Source: Macrostomum lignano (lineage: Eukaryota). Taken from it: a stretch of 64,000 nucleotides of DNA. The position numbers and the translations under genes were made by a program. Under the pieces are notes generated by a model. That model was not told the origin of the DNA, ran no database searches, and saw nothing but the letters and a program-made list of their open reading frames with translations. The stretch covers positions 62,001 to 126,000 of the forward strand of contig NIVC01000597.1 in NCBI GenBank assembly GCA_002269645.1. The letters run 5' to 3'. Positions 1 through 15,542 of this stretch are shown here, one piece after another. The first letter of the stretch is position 1. Every line of letters starts with the position of its first letter.

Positions 1-3000
1 GAAGGGGGAGACTGAAGGGAGACACTGAAGGGAGACACTGAAGGGAGACACTGAAGGGGGAGACTGAAGGGAGACACTGAAGGGAGAGACTGAAGGGGGG
101 AGACTGAAGGGAGAGACTGAAGGGAGACACTGAAGGGGGAGACTGAAGGGAGACACTGAAGGGGGAGACTGAAGGGAGACACTGAAGGGGGAGACTGAAG
201 GGAGACACTGAAGGGAGACACTGAAGAGGGAGACTGAAGGGAGACACTGAAGGGAGACACTGAAGGGAGACACTGAAGGGGGAGACTGAAGGAGGGAGAC
301 TGAAGGGAGACACTGAAGGGAGACACTGAAGGGAGACACTGAAGGGAGACACTGAAGGGAGAGACTGAAGGGGGGAGACTGAAGGGAGACACTGAAGGGG
401 GAGACTGAAGGGAGACACTGAAGGCGGAGACTGAAGGGAGACACTGAAGGGAGACACTGAAGAGGGAGACTGAAGGGAGACACTGAAGGGAGACACTGAA
501 GGGAGACACTGAAGGGGGAGACTGAAGGGGGGAGACTGAAGGGAGAGACTGAAGGGAGACACTGAAGGGAGAGACTGAAGGGGGGAGACTGAAGGGAGAC
601 ACTGAAGGGAGACACTGAAGGGGGAGACTGAAGGGAGACACTGAAGGGAGACACTGAAGGGGGAGACTGAAGGGAGACACTGAAGGGAGAGACTGAAGGG
701 GGGAGACTGAAGGGAGAGACTGAAGGGAGACACTGAAGGGAGAGACTGAAGGGGGGAGACTGAAGGGAGACACTGAAGGGGGAGACTGAAGGGAGACACT
801 GAAGGGGGAGACTGAAGGGAGACACTGAAGGGGGAGACTGAAGGGAGACACTGAAGGGAGACACTGAAGGGAGACACTGAAGGGAGACACTGAAGGGAGA
901 CACTGAAGGGGGAGACTGAAGGGAGACACTGAAGGGGGAGACTGAAGGGAGACACTGAAGGGGGAGACTGAAGGGAGACACTGAAGGGAGACACTGAAGG
1001 GGGAGACTGAAGGGAGACACTGAAGGGAGACACTGAAGGGAGACACTGAAGGGGGAGACTGAAGGGAGACACTGAAGGGAGAGACTGAAGGGGGGAGACT
1101 GAAGGGAGAGACTGAAAGGAGACACTGAAGGGAGAGACTGAAGGGGGGAGACTGAAGGGAGACACTGAAGGGGGAGACTGAAGGGAGACACTGAAGGGGG
1201 AGACTGAAGGGAGACACTGAAGGGAGAGACTGAAGGGGGGAGACTGAAGGGAGAGACTGAAGGGAGACACTGAAGGGAGAGACTGAAGGGGGGAGACTGA
1301 AGGGAGACACTGAAGGGGGAGACTGAAGGGAGACACTGAAGGGGGAGACTGAAGGGAGACACTGAAGGGGGAGACTGAAGGGAGACACTGAAGGGAGACA
1401 CTGAAGGGAGACACTGAAGGGAGACACTGAAGGGAGACACTGAAGGGGGAGACTGAAGGGAGACACTGAAGGGGGAGACTGAAGGGAGACACTGAAGGGG
1501 GAGACTGAAGGGAGACACTGAAGGGAGACACTGAAGGGGGAGACTGAAGGGAGACACTGAAGGGAGACACTGAAGGGAGACACTGAAGGGGGAGACTGAA
1601 GGGAGACACTGAAGGGAGAGACTGAAGGGGGGAGACTGAAGGGAGACACTGAAGGGGAAGACTGAAGGGAGCCACTGAAGGGGGAGACTGAAGGGAGCCA
1701 CTGAAGGGGGAGACTGAAGGGGGAGACTGAAGGGGGGAGACTGAAGGGAGACACTGAAGGGGGAGACTGAAGGGAGACACTGAAGGGGGAGACTGAAGGG
1801 AGACACTGAAGGGAGAAACTGAAGGGAGACACTGAAGGGGGAGACTGAAGGGAGACACTGAAGGGGAGACACTGAAGGGGGAGACTGAAGGGAGACACTG
1901 AAGGGAGACACTGAAGGGAGACACTGAAAGTGGAGACTGAAGGGAGACACTGAAAGTGGAGACTGAAGAAAGACACTGAAAGTGGAGACTGAAGGGAGAC
2001 ACTGAAGGGAGACACTGAAGGGAGACACTGAAGGGAGACACTGAAGGGAGACACTGAAGGGAGACACTGAAGGGAGACACTGAAGGGAGACACTGAAGGG
2101 AGACACTGAAGGGAGACACTGAAAGTGGAGACTGAAGGGAGACACTGAAGGGAGACACTGAAGGGAGACACTGAAGGGGGAGACTGAAGGGAGACACTGA
2201 AGGGAGAGACTGAAGGGGGGAGACTGAAGGGAGAGACTGAAGGGAGACACTGAAGGGGGAGACTGAAGGGAGACACTGAAGGGGGAGACTGAAGGGAGAC
2301 ACTGAAGGGGGAGACTGAAGGGAGACACTGAAGGGAGACACTGAAGGGAGACACTGAAGGGAGACACTGAAGGGAGACACTGAAGGGAGACACTGAAGGG
2401 AGACACTGAAGGGAGACTGAAGGGAGACACTGAAGGGAGACACTGAAAGTGGAGACTGAAGGGAGACACTGAAGGGAGACACTGAGAGTGGAGACTGAAG
2501 GGAGACACTGAAAGTGGAGACACTGAAGCGAGACACTGAAGGGAGACACTGAAAGTGGAGACACTGAAGGGAGACACTGAAAGTGGAGACACTGAAGGGA
2601 GACACTGAAAGTGGAGACACTGAAGGGAGACACTGAAGGGAGACACTGAAGGGAGACACTGAAGGGAGACACTGAAGGGAGACACTGAAAGTGGAGACTG
2701 AAGGGAGACACTGAAAGTGGAGACTGAAGGGAGACACTGAAAGTGGAGACACTGAAGGGGGAGACTGAAGGGAGACACTGAAGGGAGACACTGAAGGGAG
2801 ACACTGAAGGGAGACACTGAAAGTGGAGACTGAAGGGAGACACTGAAGGGAGACACTGAAGGGAGACACTGAAAGTGGAGACTGAAGGGAGACACTGAAG
2901 GGAGACACTGAAGGGAGACACTGAAGGGAGACACTGAAGGGAGACACTGAAGGGGGAGACTGAAGGGAGACACTGAAGGGAGACACTGAAAGTGGAGACT

Positions 3001-3096
3001 GAAGGGAGACACTGAAGGGAGACACTGAAGGGAGACACTGAAGGGAGACACTGAAGGGGGAGACTGAAGGGAGACACTGAAGGGAGAGACTGAAGG
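1..3096. repeat. G-rich satellite, ~13-15 bp units (GAAGGGAGACACT / GAAGGGGGAGACT), truncated by window start
   Basis: Continuous tandem units from base 1; an AAAGTGGAGA variant appears only from ~1925 onward. Confidence 0.97.
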
Positions 3097-3160
3097 CAAA
3101 GTAGGCTGTGAGAGGCAGAGCTGAGAGCCAGTACAGTCGCCCGTTGACCTGAAACCGCAG

Positions 3161-3525
3161 GCCACCAGCGGCGAGATGGTGCTGAAGATCAGCGACTTCG
3201 GCTACGCCGTGGAGCTGGCGGCAGGGCAGTCATTCTTCACTCTGAAGAACACTATAATCGGCAGCTTTGAGTACATGAGCCCGGAGCTGATTTGCAGCCA
3301 GGAGTACTCAACTAAGATCGACTGCTGGGCAGCCGGTGTCATCGTGTACTTTCTATTCACCGGGGATTTTCCATTTCGCGGCGCCAACGTCACAGAGATG
3401 GCGCGCTGCATTGTGAAGCGCCACTTCGCTTTGGACTTTTCGGCGCCAGAATGGTCGGCGGCCTCGAGGAACGCGGTGGATTTTATTAGCAGCATTTTAT
3501 CCACTCTGTACAACCGGTGAGGACT

Positions 3526-3609
<84 letters not shown>

Positions 3610-3624
3610 GGCAGGCAGACAGAA

Positions 3625-3713
<89 letters not shown>

Positions 3714-4251
3714 CCCCCCCCCCTATACTTCAGACCCAACGCCAGCGACCTTCTGAAGCACCCGTGGCTGTCGGCGCCCGAAAACCATCCACTAAATGCA
3801 ACCACAGACCAGCCGTTGCCCATCATGCGTCAGTAAGTTTATAAGTGAAAATCAAATTGTTCTACACTTTGATTGAGCTGTTTTGATTTCCGGGAAATGA
3901 AACCCTATACTCTTGAATTCTCGAATTGAAACAAAATCCCAAATGGCCTGATAGACAGCCATCTATGCAGTTCAATCGACGCGTAAGTTATTGATCTTAT
4001 CCCATCTCCCTATCCAGCAAAGAACGACTGGAATTTCTGCAACACGAGGCCGAGATGAAGCAGAAGCGACTATACAATAACAGCTCTTCGAACAAGCCCT
4101 GGGCAGCGACAATGCAGCGGACGGCCGTCGAAGCCGACTGCGCGCTGCTGCTCGACGGCAGTTTTTACCGCCGCAGCCACCGCAGGCGCCACTTTTGGCA
4201 AGCTAAAGGCTCGCACGAGGCAGTGTTTGCTAGCGAGTTTATTGTTAATAG
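3161..4251 (+). CDS. Ser/Thr protein kinase, CAMK-group-like, 3' part only. Candidate exons 3161-3516, 3734-3832, 3971-3982 (micro-exon), 4018-4251
   Basis: [25 protein letters not shown] and FPF motifs. Donor CG|gtgagg at 3517 and acceptor ttcag|A at 3733 join to give [13 protein letters not shown] (subdomain XI). The tail exons beyond 3832 are less certain. Confidence 0.75.
3525..3712. repeat. (GACA)n microsatellite filling a kinase intron
   Basis: Near-perfect tetranucleotide run between donor 3517 and acceptor 3733. Confidence 0.97.
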
Positions 4252-4289
4252 GTACGCCATTGTTGGTTGTACGCTCGTAATATTCCTTA

Positions 4290-5290
4290 CCCTCAGAAAA
4301 CCCACCTCAATCCTTCTGCCTTTTTCCTTACCCCCCAAAACACCCACCTCACCCCTGCGTATTTTCCTTACTCCTCAAAACACCCACCTCACTCCCCTGT
4401 GTATTTTTCTTACCCCTTAGAACAACCACCTCACACTCCCTGCCTTTTTTCTTACCTCTCAAAACACCCGCCTCACTCCACATGCGTATTTTCCTTACCC
4501 CTTACCCCTAGAACAACCACCGCACTCACCGTGTCCCGCATTTCATGGTCCGTGCTAAAAATGATCGCATATCTTTCCAGCGCAATTACTTGCGGCAGAC
4601 GACGCTGCAGAAGCTTGACTACTAGAAGAATCGGGCCATGGACACAGGACTAAGATTACCAAAAGCTATACGCCACGGTGCATAAAATTGAAGAAATCAA
4701 TTACGTTTAAGTTGAATTTTCGTTTTGATTGATGCATCTCTTTAATTTTCTTGAAGAAAAAAACCGTTTATTTAAAATCAACTTTTGGCTTAGTCGATAT
4801 ACTCGTTAGTCCTTCCTACTTCATAATTTATACATGTACTCGTACGCAGATGCGCCCGTATAAAAGTAAAAAACCTTTGCATCTATCAAAGCACTTAATT
4901 AGACCCACCTCTCCCTGTGAAATTTCTCTCTGCCTCTCAAACACCCCCACTCCCTGCACTTCTTTCTGCCCCTTAAACAACCCCACTGCCTGCACAAACT
5001 TCCTTCTGCCACTCAAACACTCACACTCACTGCACAATTTCTCTCCGCCCCTCAAACACCCACCCCACTCCCTGCAAAGAAGTACTCTGCCCCTCAAACA
5101 CCCACCCCACTCCCTGCAAAGAAGTACTCCGCCCCTCAAACACCCACCCCACTCCCTGCAAAGAAGTACTCTGCCCCTCAAACACCCACCCCACTCCCTG
5201 CAAAACTTCTCTCTGCCCCTCAAACACCCCCACTCCCTGTACAACTTCTCTCTGCAGCTCAAACACCTAGCCAACTCCTTTCAAAATTTC
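4290..5290. repeat. Degenerate C-rich ~40-42 bp tandem repeats in two blocks (~4290-4525 and ~4905-5290)
   Basis: Recurring CCCTCAAACACCCACCCCACTCCCTGCA core; 14-aa periodicity in the ORF translation. Confidence 0.8.
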
Positions 5291-6123
5291 TCTTGCCCTG
5301 CACAATTAAATTCAATAAACACTTTGTAGTAACACAGGTGTGTACATATAATATGAAGAATGCCGCTAAAAATGAATAAAATAGCAAACTGAGAGACAAC
5401 TAAATTTATTATTAAATCACAAACACTGTTAGTTACAAAATAAGACAACAGAAGCGCATCACAACAGTCTGAATAAATAAGCAAACTGTCTAATTAAGCA
5501 AATATTATATTTATTTGTTGTTTAGTAGGATTATCTTTATATACACAATAGAGGTTAATTACAATATATATAAGACTACTTGAAAGTGCATTTTGACATT
5601 TAGAGTTGAAAGCAATGCAGACTGTACACGGCCACCAATATGATCTTAAAAAGCAGTTTTGAAGGCTGATTCAAAATTTGCAATAAAACAGCAGGCCCTT
5701 CAAACAGCTTCTATAGTAGTGTTGAATCGTAAATCCCAGTAATTGAAAAGCTTGCATTTTTACCTGAACCGAACTCAAAATTTTGATGAAGAGAAAATAA
5801 TACTAGCACCAATAAAGCCATATTTTGACATATTTCAAAATTTAGTGGGACCAAGCAGAGAAAGGTGCGAGCTTCGGCATAGTCACAACAGCTATGCTTG
5901 TTTACGTTGAATCAATGCAAAAAGACTGAATGTACTTGATATTATTTACGCCTACCGAATATGCATGAGGTGATTGCTACAACTTGAAATGAATTTTAAA
6001 TAACTGCAGACAGTAAGAAGCTGACATAAAAAGTCAATCATTTCTTGGGTAAACAGGACGCAGGTGCAGAATCCAACATGAGTGACCTGCTGGTCAGTTA
6101 TAAGTATTATAGCAGTAGCGACT

Positions 6124-9393
<3,270 letters not shown>

Positions 9394-10186
9394 CTGGATG
9401 GAGATTAGTGTATTATTGTAAATAGATTTACATAATTACTATATTTACATATGGATTAGCATTGAAAAGCTAAGGACTACTAAAGTAGAGATTGTGTGAT
9501 TCTTACCGGCTAATTTCTTAGAAAAAAATACACTGTGGAGATAGTAAAACATCATTTTTCAACACAAAATCAATGAAATTGCATTTGATCTGGGGCAGTG
9601 AAGATTATCTTTCTTTTAATCTGTTCTGCACAACATGTTACTCTGTTGTATTTTATATAGTTGTGCAATGAAAGTTTCATTCTCATTTTGTTTTCTTCTT
9701 AATTCAAAAGCCCAAGCCAAAGTTGTAAATACTCATAAATGAAATTTTTGTTTTGTCACTTTTTAAATCAAGCATATTTGTAATAAACTTGTTGCATATG
9801 AATAGTCATGGCCTTAAGCAAGGCCTTGGCCTAAAAGTACCTGGATGAAACTTTTTTTCAAGAAGCAACAAAAATTGCAATAGCTATCTTCTTACTTAGT
9901 GAGAAAGCAAATAATGACAGCAACAGTTTAAATTACCACTTACTAACAGTGTCTCATTTATAAAATGTACAAGAAGAATGAATATAACCGCATTTATCTA
10001 CACCATAACAATGTATAAGGCATCAAAAATCTCTATTTCATAAGTCTTTGATCCCTAAGGACTTAAGAGTTCCTTTCCTCTTGAACAAATGCTATAAAAT
10101 AGACAAAATTTATTCATTTCTACTGCTCTACTTTTACCAATGATATCAAATTATTAAGTGGCCAAAATTACCAAACATGGAAACTA

Positions 10187-10931
10187 TGAGGGGTGTCCCA
10201 GAAGTAGTGTCATTTTTGCTTGCTTCGACAAGTATTAATGTGTGTTTAAAAAATCATATGCCTTAAAAGTTAGCGGCTTATTTTAGCTTTCATGCCATGA
10301 AAGTCTGATTTTTATAAGTGCTTCCTGAAATATACACTACATAGTACTTCATGCTTACTCAGAAGAAAGCCACAAGTAGAGCTGATCAAGCACAGAGCTG
10401 CAAGACAGCAGCCGCAAGATCTGTTCCAGTCATGGACCCTAACTTTTAGATAAGTTGGCAACACACTGCCGGCCAGCCTCAAACTGTTTGATACACCTGT
10501 AAACTGTTGCCAATTGATGGCATCAGGAGTTGGGACCGTGAATGTGGGTCAGGTTTTTATGAATATCAGGGAATTTTTGACCAAGACTCAAAAGTGTAAA
10601 AACTATGTCTACACCCTTCTGTAGAGTGAAAGTTAGGGTCCATGACTAGAAAAAATCTTGTAGCTACTGTCTTGCAACTCTGTGCTTGATCAGCTCTATT
10701 TGTGGCTTTCTTTTGAGTAAGCATAGAAGCACTATGCGGTGTGTATTTCTATGGCTAAGGGTATGCAAACAAATGCATGCTGCTTATACAGCAAGAAGCA
10801 CTTATAAAAATCAGACTTTTTTGGCATGAAAGCTGAAATAAGCCACTAACTTTTAGTGCATAATATTTTTTAACATACATTAATACTTGTGAAAGCAAGC
10901 AAAAGTGACCCTACTTCTGGGACACCCCTTG
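10187..10931. mobile_element. 745-bp foldback MITE, Tc1/mariner-type, with ~260-bp inverted arms and TA flanks
   Basis: AGGGGTGTCCCAGAAGTAG at the left matches CTACTTCTGGGACACCCCT at the right. Internal arms pair (AGCTGATCAAGCACAGAG / CTCTGTGCTTGATCAGCT; GACCCTAACTTT / AAAGTTAGGGTC). TA at 10185-6 and 10932-3. Confidence 0.88.
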
Positions 10932-11735
10932 TAGATATGGGAAATATATATTCTCATAACTATATATTTGGCCTATGCCTAATAAACCTTAATGTCTATA
11001 ATATTCTATAGCCATATCCATAGCTATGATAAAACTCGGCCTTCCTGGACTTTAGGTACGTAAAATATTTCCAATTTTCTGATTTTTTTGAAACTTTCAC
11101 CGGAGTCTTAGAGGCTGTCCAAAATGATAATAAAGCAAAAAAACTGCAAAAAATTACCCTCAGAGGTAACAGGAGGTTGATTTGTTAATCTCCTATGTAA
11201 CTAGTATTAATTTGATCCAAGCAGTTTTGGAGAATTGTGTATTTAAAAGTTGAACTTTTTTTAGAATTATAACTTTCTAGTGTAAATATTTTCCAAAATT
11301 TGATGAATTCATTCTAAAAAAACATTTAGAACATTTTGGTTTTATCTCTGAAAAAAGTGTCTATTCTAATTTTCCTTCACTCAATTTGTTAAGTGCAGCG
11401 AGAGTGCCACATTAGTTTATTGTTTTTAAAAAATGCTGACTCAAAGTTTGCCTCAGTTTTTTATTTTTAAGCTTCATTTCAATTTTCCCCTAGGACCTCT
11501 CCCTCAGTCTCCGAATTTATCTACCTAATCTTCAATAGACCTCTATGCCTCTATTGAAGTTTAGGTATGTAAAATAAATCTCCATGAAGATTCTCCTGGC
11601 CCTAACATCCCCCATTCCTCATGCCTCAGTTGTTGGTAGTTGTCAGCCCCCTCCCCTTGAGACTGCCCCCCCTGAGACTTGCCCCCACCCTTTCAGTCTT
11701 TGAATTTATCTGCCTAATCTTCAATAGACTCCTAT

Positions 11736-14700
11736 TAGGGTGTCCAGTGAGCTATTTTTTCAATGTATGATTTTTGAAAAATATGAAAATGACCTAATTT
11801 CAAATGTCTGTAAATCGGTAAGTATGTAAGCTACAGCAATGAGTTTATACTTTTTAGAAAGTTAAGACTTATATCTACAACATAAAAAAAGAATCAAGCG
11901 ATTTCATTTTATACAAAAAAAGTTACAGCATGGCAAAGTTGTGCCATTTTTACAGAAATTTAAAATTGAGGCAAAATCCAAAAAAGAAAGTGGGTTTTGT
12001 AGAATTGGTCCTACATAAAAACTGAACTGTTTTTCATGATTTTTTCAACACTGGAGCTTAGTAAACATGTATGAGTACCTTAGGAGCTATTTTTTGAAGA
12101 AAAAATTTTTTCATGTACAAGCATGTCATGTACATGAAAATTGGTGAATGTCAGTTTTTCAAGATCGGGTGTAAGCATGCCCCTGAAACTTTATGTAGTT
12201 GTTATGGCAACCAAATGAAGCAGTTTCAGTGAAAGTTCAACCTCCTAACTATAAACGCAAGTGCTGGGCAAAAATTTCACCAAATACATGTAAAATCTTA
12301 TAGGAAAATGTAAAACTTCAAATATTGGATGGCCTGTTTGAAGCACGAATGTTTCCTTTGCTTAAAATGTAGCCTAACGCACCCCAAATCAGGTCTAGAA
12401 AGGATTTCTATGTAGGCCAAAACGCAAAGGCACCATTGGCCATAGACTGTAGAACGTTTCTTGGAAATACACTGCGGAGATAGGGAAAAACAAAACTGGG
12501 CATTTCGCAGCTTCTAATGGGGACTATTTGACTCTGCTTTGACCCAAATTGAAATTGATGTATATGAGCTGTTGATCTAAACAACTTATATGATAGTAAT
12601 GTTGCTTTTAGTTGAGGAATTGTAATTACCTATACTACATTATCCACTCTCACTTGATCATTTCAGTTTAGACTCAATATTCAAGAAGTTCAGTAACTCT
12701 GTTGAGCTACTCGTCGTCTGACAGGACATGAAGGTCGCCCTTCAAATAGTCTTCGTACAAGTTATATTCAAAGGTTGTGCTGCCATGGTCGTCAAACACA
12801 ACCTGGAACTTCTGCTCAAGGATGTCTGCATTGGTACCCGGAACACGGCGGACAACGACACCCTGCTCCCAGACCTCGCCGTCGGTGTAGCCAAACAAAA
12901 CCTCCACACGTCGGCCTTCCAGCTGTGGGAGGTTGCTCAGCGAGGGGGGAATAGCAGCAGCCTGCTGCTCTGCAATGGCCTCGGCAGAGTCTGACTCCGA
13001 ATCAGAAGTCGGCAGCGGCGCTCGCTTTTGCCTGCTCGAAGCTCTACCCTGGCCACGGCCACGCCCCTGACCACGTCCGCGACCCCGACCGCGTGCCCGA
13101 CTGCCTGACGCGCTAGCACCACGCCCGCTGCCTGCTGCGCCACCTTGGTGCTGCTGGCCAGTCGTAGCTGCCACCTGACGGGCCTCCAGCTTCTTGGTGA
13201 CAGCAGAGCGGACAAGCTCTGCCCGCTCATTACAGGGCCGGATGTTGGTGTTGCCTTGGGTGTCGACCGCGACGGCAACTGCTGCCTTTTCAGCCTCCAG
13301 ATGGGCAATTACTTGTCGCAGGTTGGCAGTCAGGGCGGGCAGGCTGCGTCTTACACCGGCTTGCGACAGGTTGAGCAGGGCAGCCAGGTCCCTTGGCAGA
13401 GTAGGCTCTGCATGGAAGTAAGTTTGTAGGTGATAATGAATTCTCCAAATTACCTGATTCCTGAACGTTTGAAAGTCAACTTTCAGCAAAATTTTCGTGA
13501 AACTTTCTTTGCTAAAGACCAATTTAAAAATTTACTTCCTACTTAATACCAAAACTACGCTGTCTTACTCATGGCTTTCTGCAGACGCAGCTGCGCTGTC
13601 ACAGCTTGCTCGTGACGTCCAGATGGGAGCTGCTGCAGCGCCTCCGTCATGTCGCTGACGGTAATCCAGACGCCGCCGAACTCGTGAACAGCGCGCATGT
13701 GGTCACGGAGGGAGCAGTCCTTGGCGACTCTCTTGCGGTGCACTGCCTCGATGCGCGCCTGCTGCAACTGCTGCCGTGCCTTGTCGATCGCCTGTTTCGT
13801 CGCCTTTGCCCGTGCCTCAACTTTCCCGGAAATCTTCCGAGCCCGACAAAGCATGGCCTCCTGCTCATCTCGAGTTTTTTGATGCAGCCACTGCTCCGTA
13901 GCGTTCTGCTGAAAGAGGACGTACGCCTCTCGAGCCAATGGGCGCATGTGCGGCTTGCAAGTCACCGTGCTGTCCAGCACAGCAAAATTGCGCTCGGAGC
14001 GACGTTGTCTTTCGGCGCATCCGCTGTCAGACGGCGCTGCTCGTCGGACAAATTGCGCAGGGCACCGCCGGGCAAGTGGTCGCAGACCTCACGACGAAGC
14101 AGCACGAGCATGTATGCAGCGGTGACCTGCAGCGCCTGGCTCAATAGATCGTTGTCCAGCTGCGACGCATCGGCCGTCAACGCACTCCAAACGTCGCCAG
14201 CGTCATCGGGCGCTAGCACTGCCCCAGCAAGGTCAGGAAATGGGCCGCTCTGGTCGCCCGAAAAGCGGAAGCCGTCTGCCGTGGCCAGCTCCTCCAGCCA
14301 GTCGCAGAGTTGCTCGTAGCGCTGGTTCATGTCCAGAATTCGGACTGTTGACTGCCGGTTCAGCATCCACAATGGCCGAATCACCAGCATGTCGATGACA
14401 CCAAGCGCTCGACAGCCACTCAGCAGGACATTCGAGGCGAGATCTGCTTGCACGGCTTATTCTTTTGAAATATTATGTAGTATTCAATTTAAATGCTAGC
14501 AGAAGCACTGGAGTGAGGGTTAGAAATGGAGCGATAAAATTGAGTATGAGTATATTGTTCTGACATAATTTACAATTACAATTTATATTATGACATAATA
14601 GCATCTGAAAGTGAAATAGTATATTTTGACATGATAAATGACATAAACTCACAGTAAAGCCAGATACTCATAATATTAGTCATATTTATATATTAAGGAC

Positions 14701-15542
14701 AAGCCAGAAAATATGGAAACAGAAACTTATGAAGTTATGAAACATTTTTTATACCATATACATGTCATTACCCATTTACAACAATACAGAGAGAGAAGCA
14801 GTGCAATGAATTTTTTTTAAAAATTCTTATAACTTTTTTATTATTCAACATATCTTTAAAAGTAATATGTCATTTTACTCATAACATCCAGTTGTATTTG
14901 TTAAAAAAAGTAAAAACCCTGACATTCTAACTTAAAACTGTTTACTAGACACTATCACCCAGTTTGCCTTCCTGAACCCTTATTCACAATTTTTCCTTAA
15001 AAAATTCTCCTCACCTACAGCTATACTTAAACTGCACAATTTTTATGTTTCCTAAAAGAACTAAAAGAAATCTAAAGTTTGACACCAAGAAAGTCTGTCT
15101 AAGTATAGTACAAGTATTTTAAGGGGACTTTAAAGTAAAAAAAGTATGACTCCGGCAGCATAAAAAAACATTTTTTTATTAACAGAACATCCTGCAGCAA
15201 AAAACTGCTAAGCAGGAGAACTTTTTTAGTTACAAATTATATTGCACAGTTAAATTACCTAAAAATTGACACCAAAGTCAAAGAAGTAGCTTAACTAACA
15301 AAAAAGTTATTTACACTTAATTAAAGAAAAAAGTAAAAATGACGTGGAATTGGCTTCACTTTCTAATGTATTAAGAATAGGGAAAAACGCATTCTTTTTA
15401 AAACAAAAATACTCATAACTTTTTTATTACTTGACCAAATTAGAAAAGTGAAGTGTCATTTTACTCATAACATCTAGGTCTATAAGTTACATAAGTCAAA
15501 ACCAAAAAAATTTCAGAAAAAAAATTCTCACTGGACACCCTA
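11736..15542 (-). mobile_element. 3.8-kb TIR DNA transposon, internally deleted, hAT-like termini (TAGGG...CCCTA), 7-bp TSD CTCCTAT
   Basis: Perfect 16-bp TIR TAGGGTGTCCAGTGAG at both ends; CTCCTAT at 11729-11735 and 15543-15549; contains the degraded ORFs below. Confidence 0.85.
12707..14453 (-). pseudogene. C-terminal part of a transposase-like protein (frameshifted, probably intron-containing) ending in an RG-rich linker and a Spin/Ssty Tudor-like domain
   Basis: Three ORF pieces. A 1-nt shift near 13990 restores PKDNVA(S)ERNFAVLD, an ER-x-F motif like the hAT C-terminal domain. The terminal FEYNLYEDYLKGDLHVL resembles Spindlin [17 protein letters not shown] (recalled sequence). Confidence 0.6.

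Noticed and set aside
4530-4650. Minus-strand open segment bounded by AG and GTGAGT (SCVHGPILLVV...EMRDT)
   Set aside because: No recognisable homology and no partner exons; it conflicts with an equally weak plus-strand terminal exon for the kinase. Unresolved without RNA data.
11738-15540. Tc1/mariner assignment (GGGTGTCC TIR flanked by TA)
   Set aside because: The 7-bp direct repeat outside the TA, the empty-site comparison and the non-mariner protein motifs favour TA being part of the TIR.
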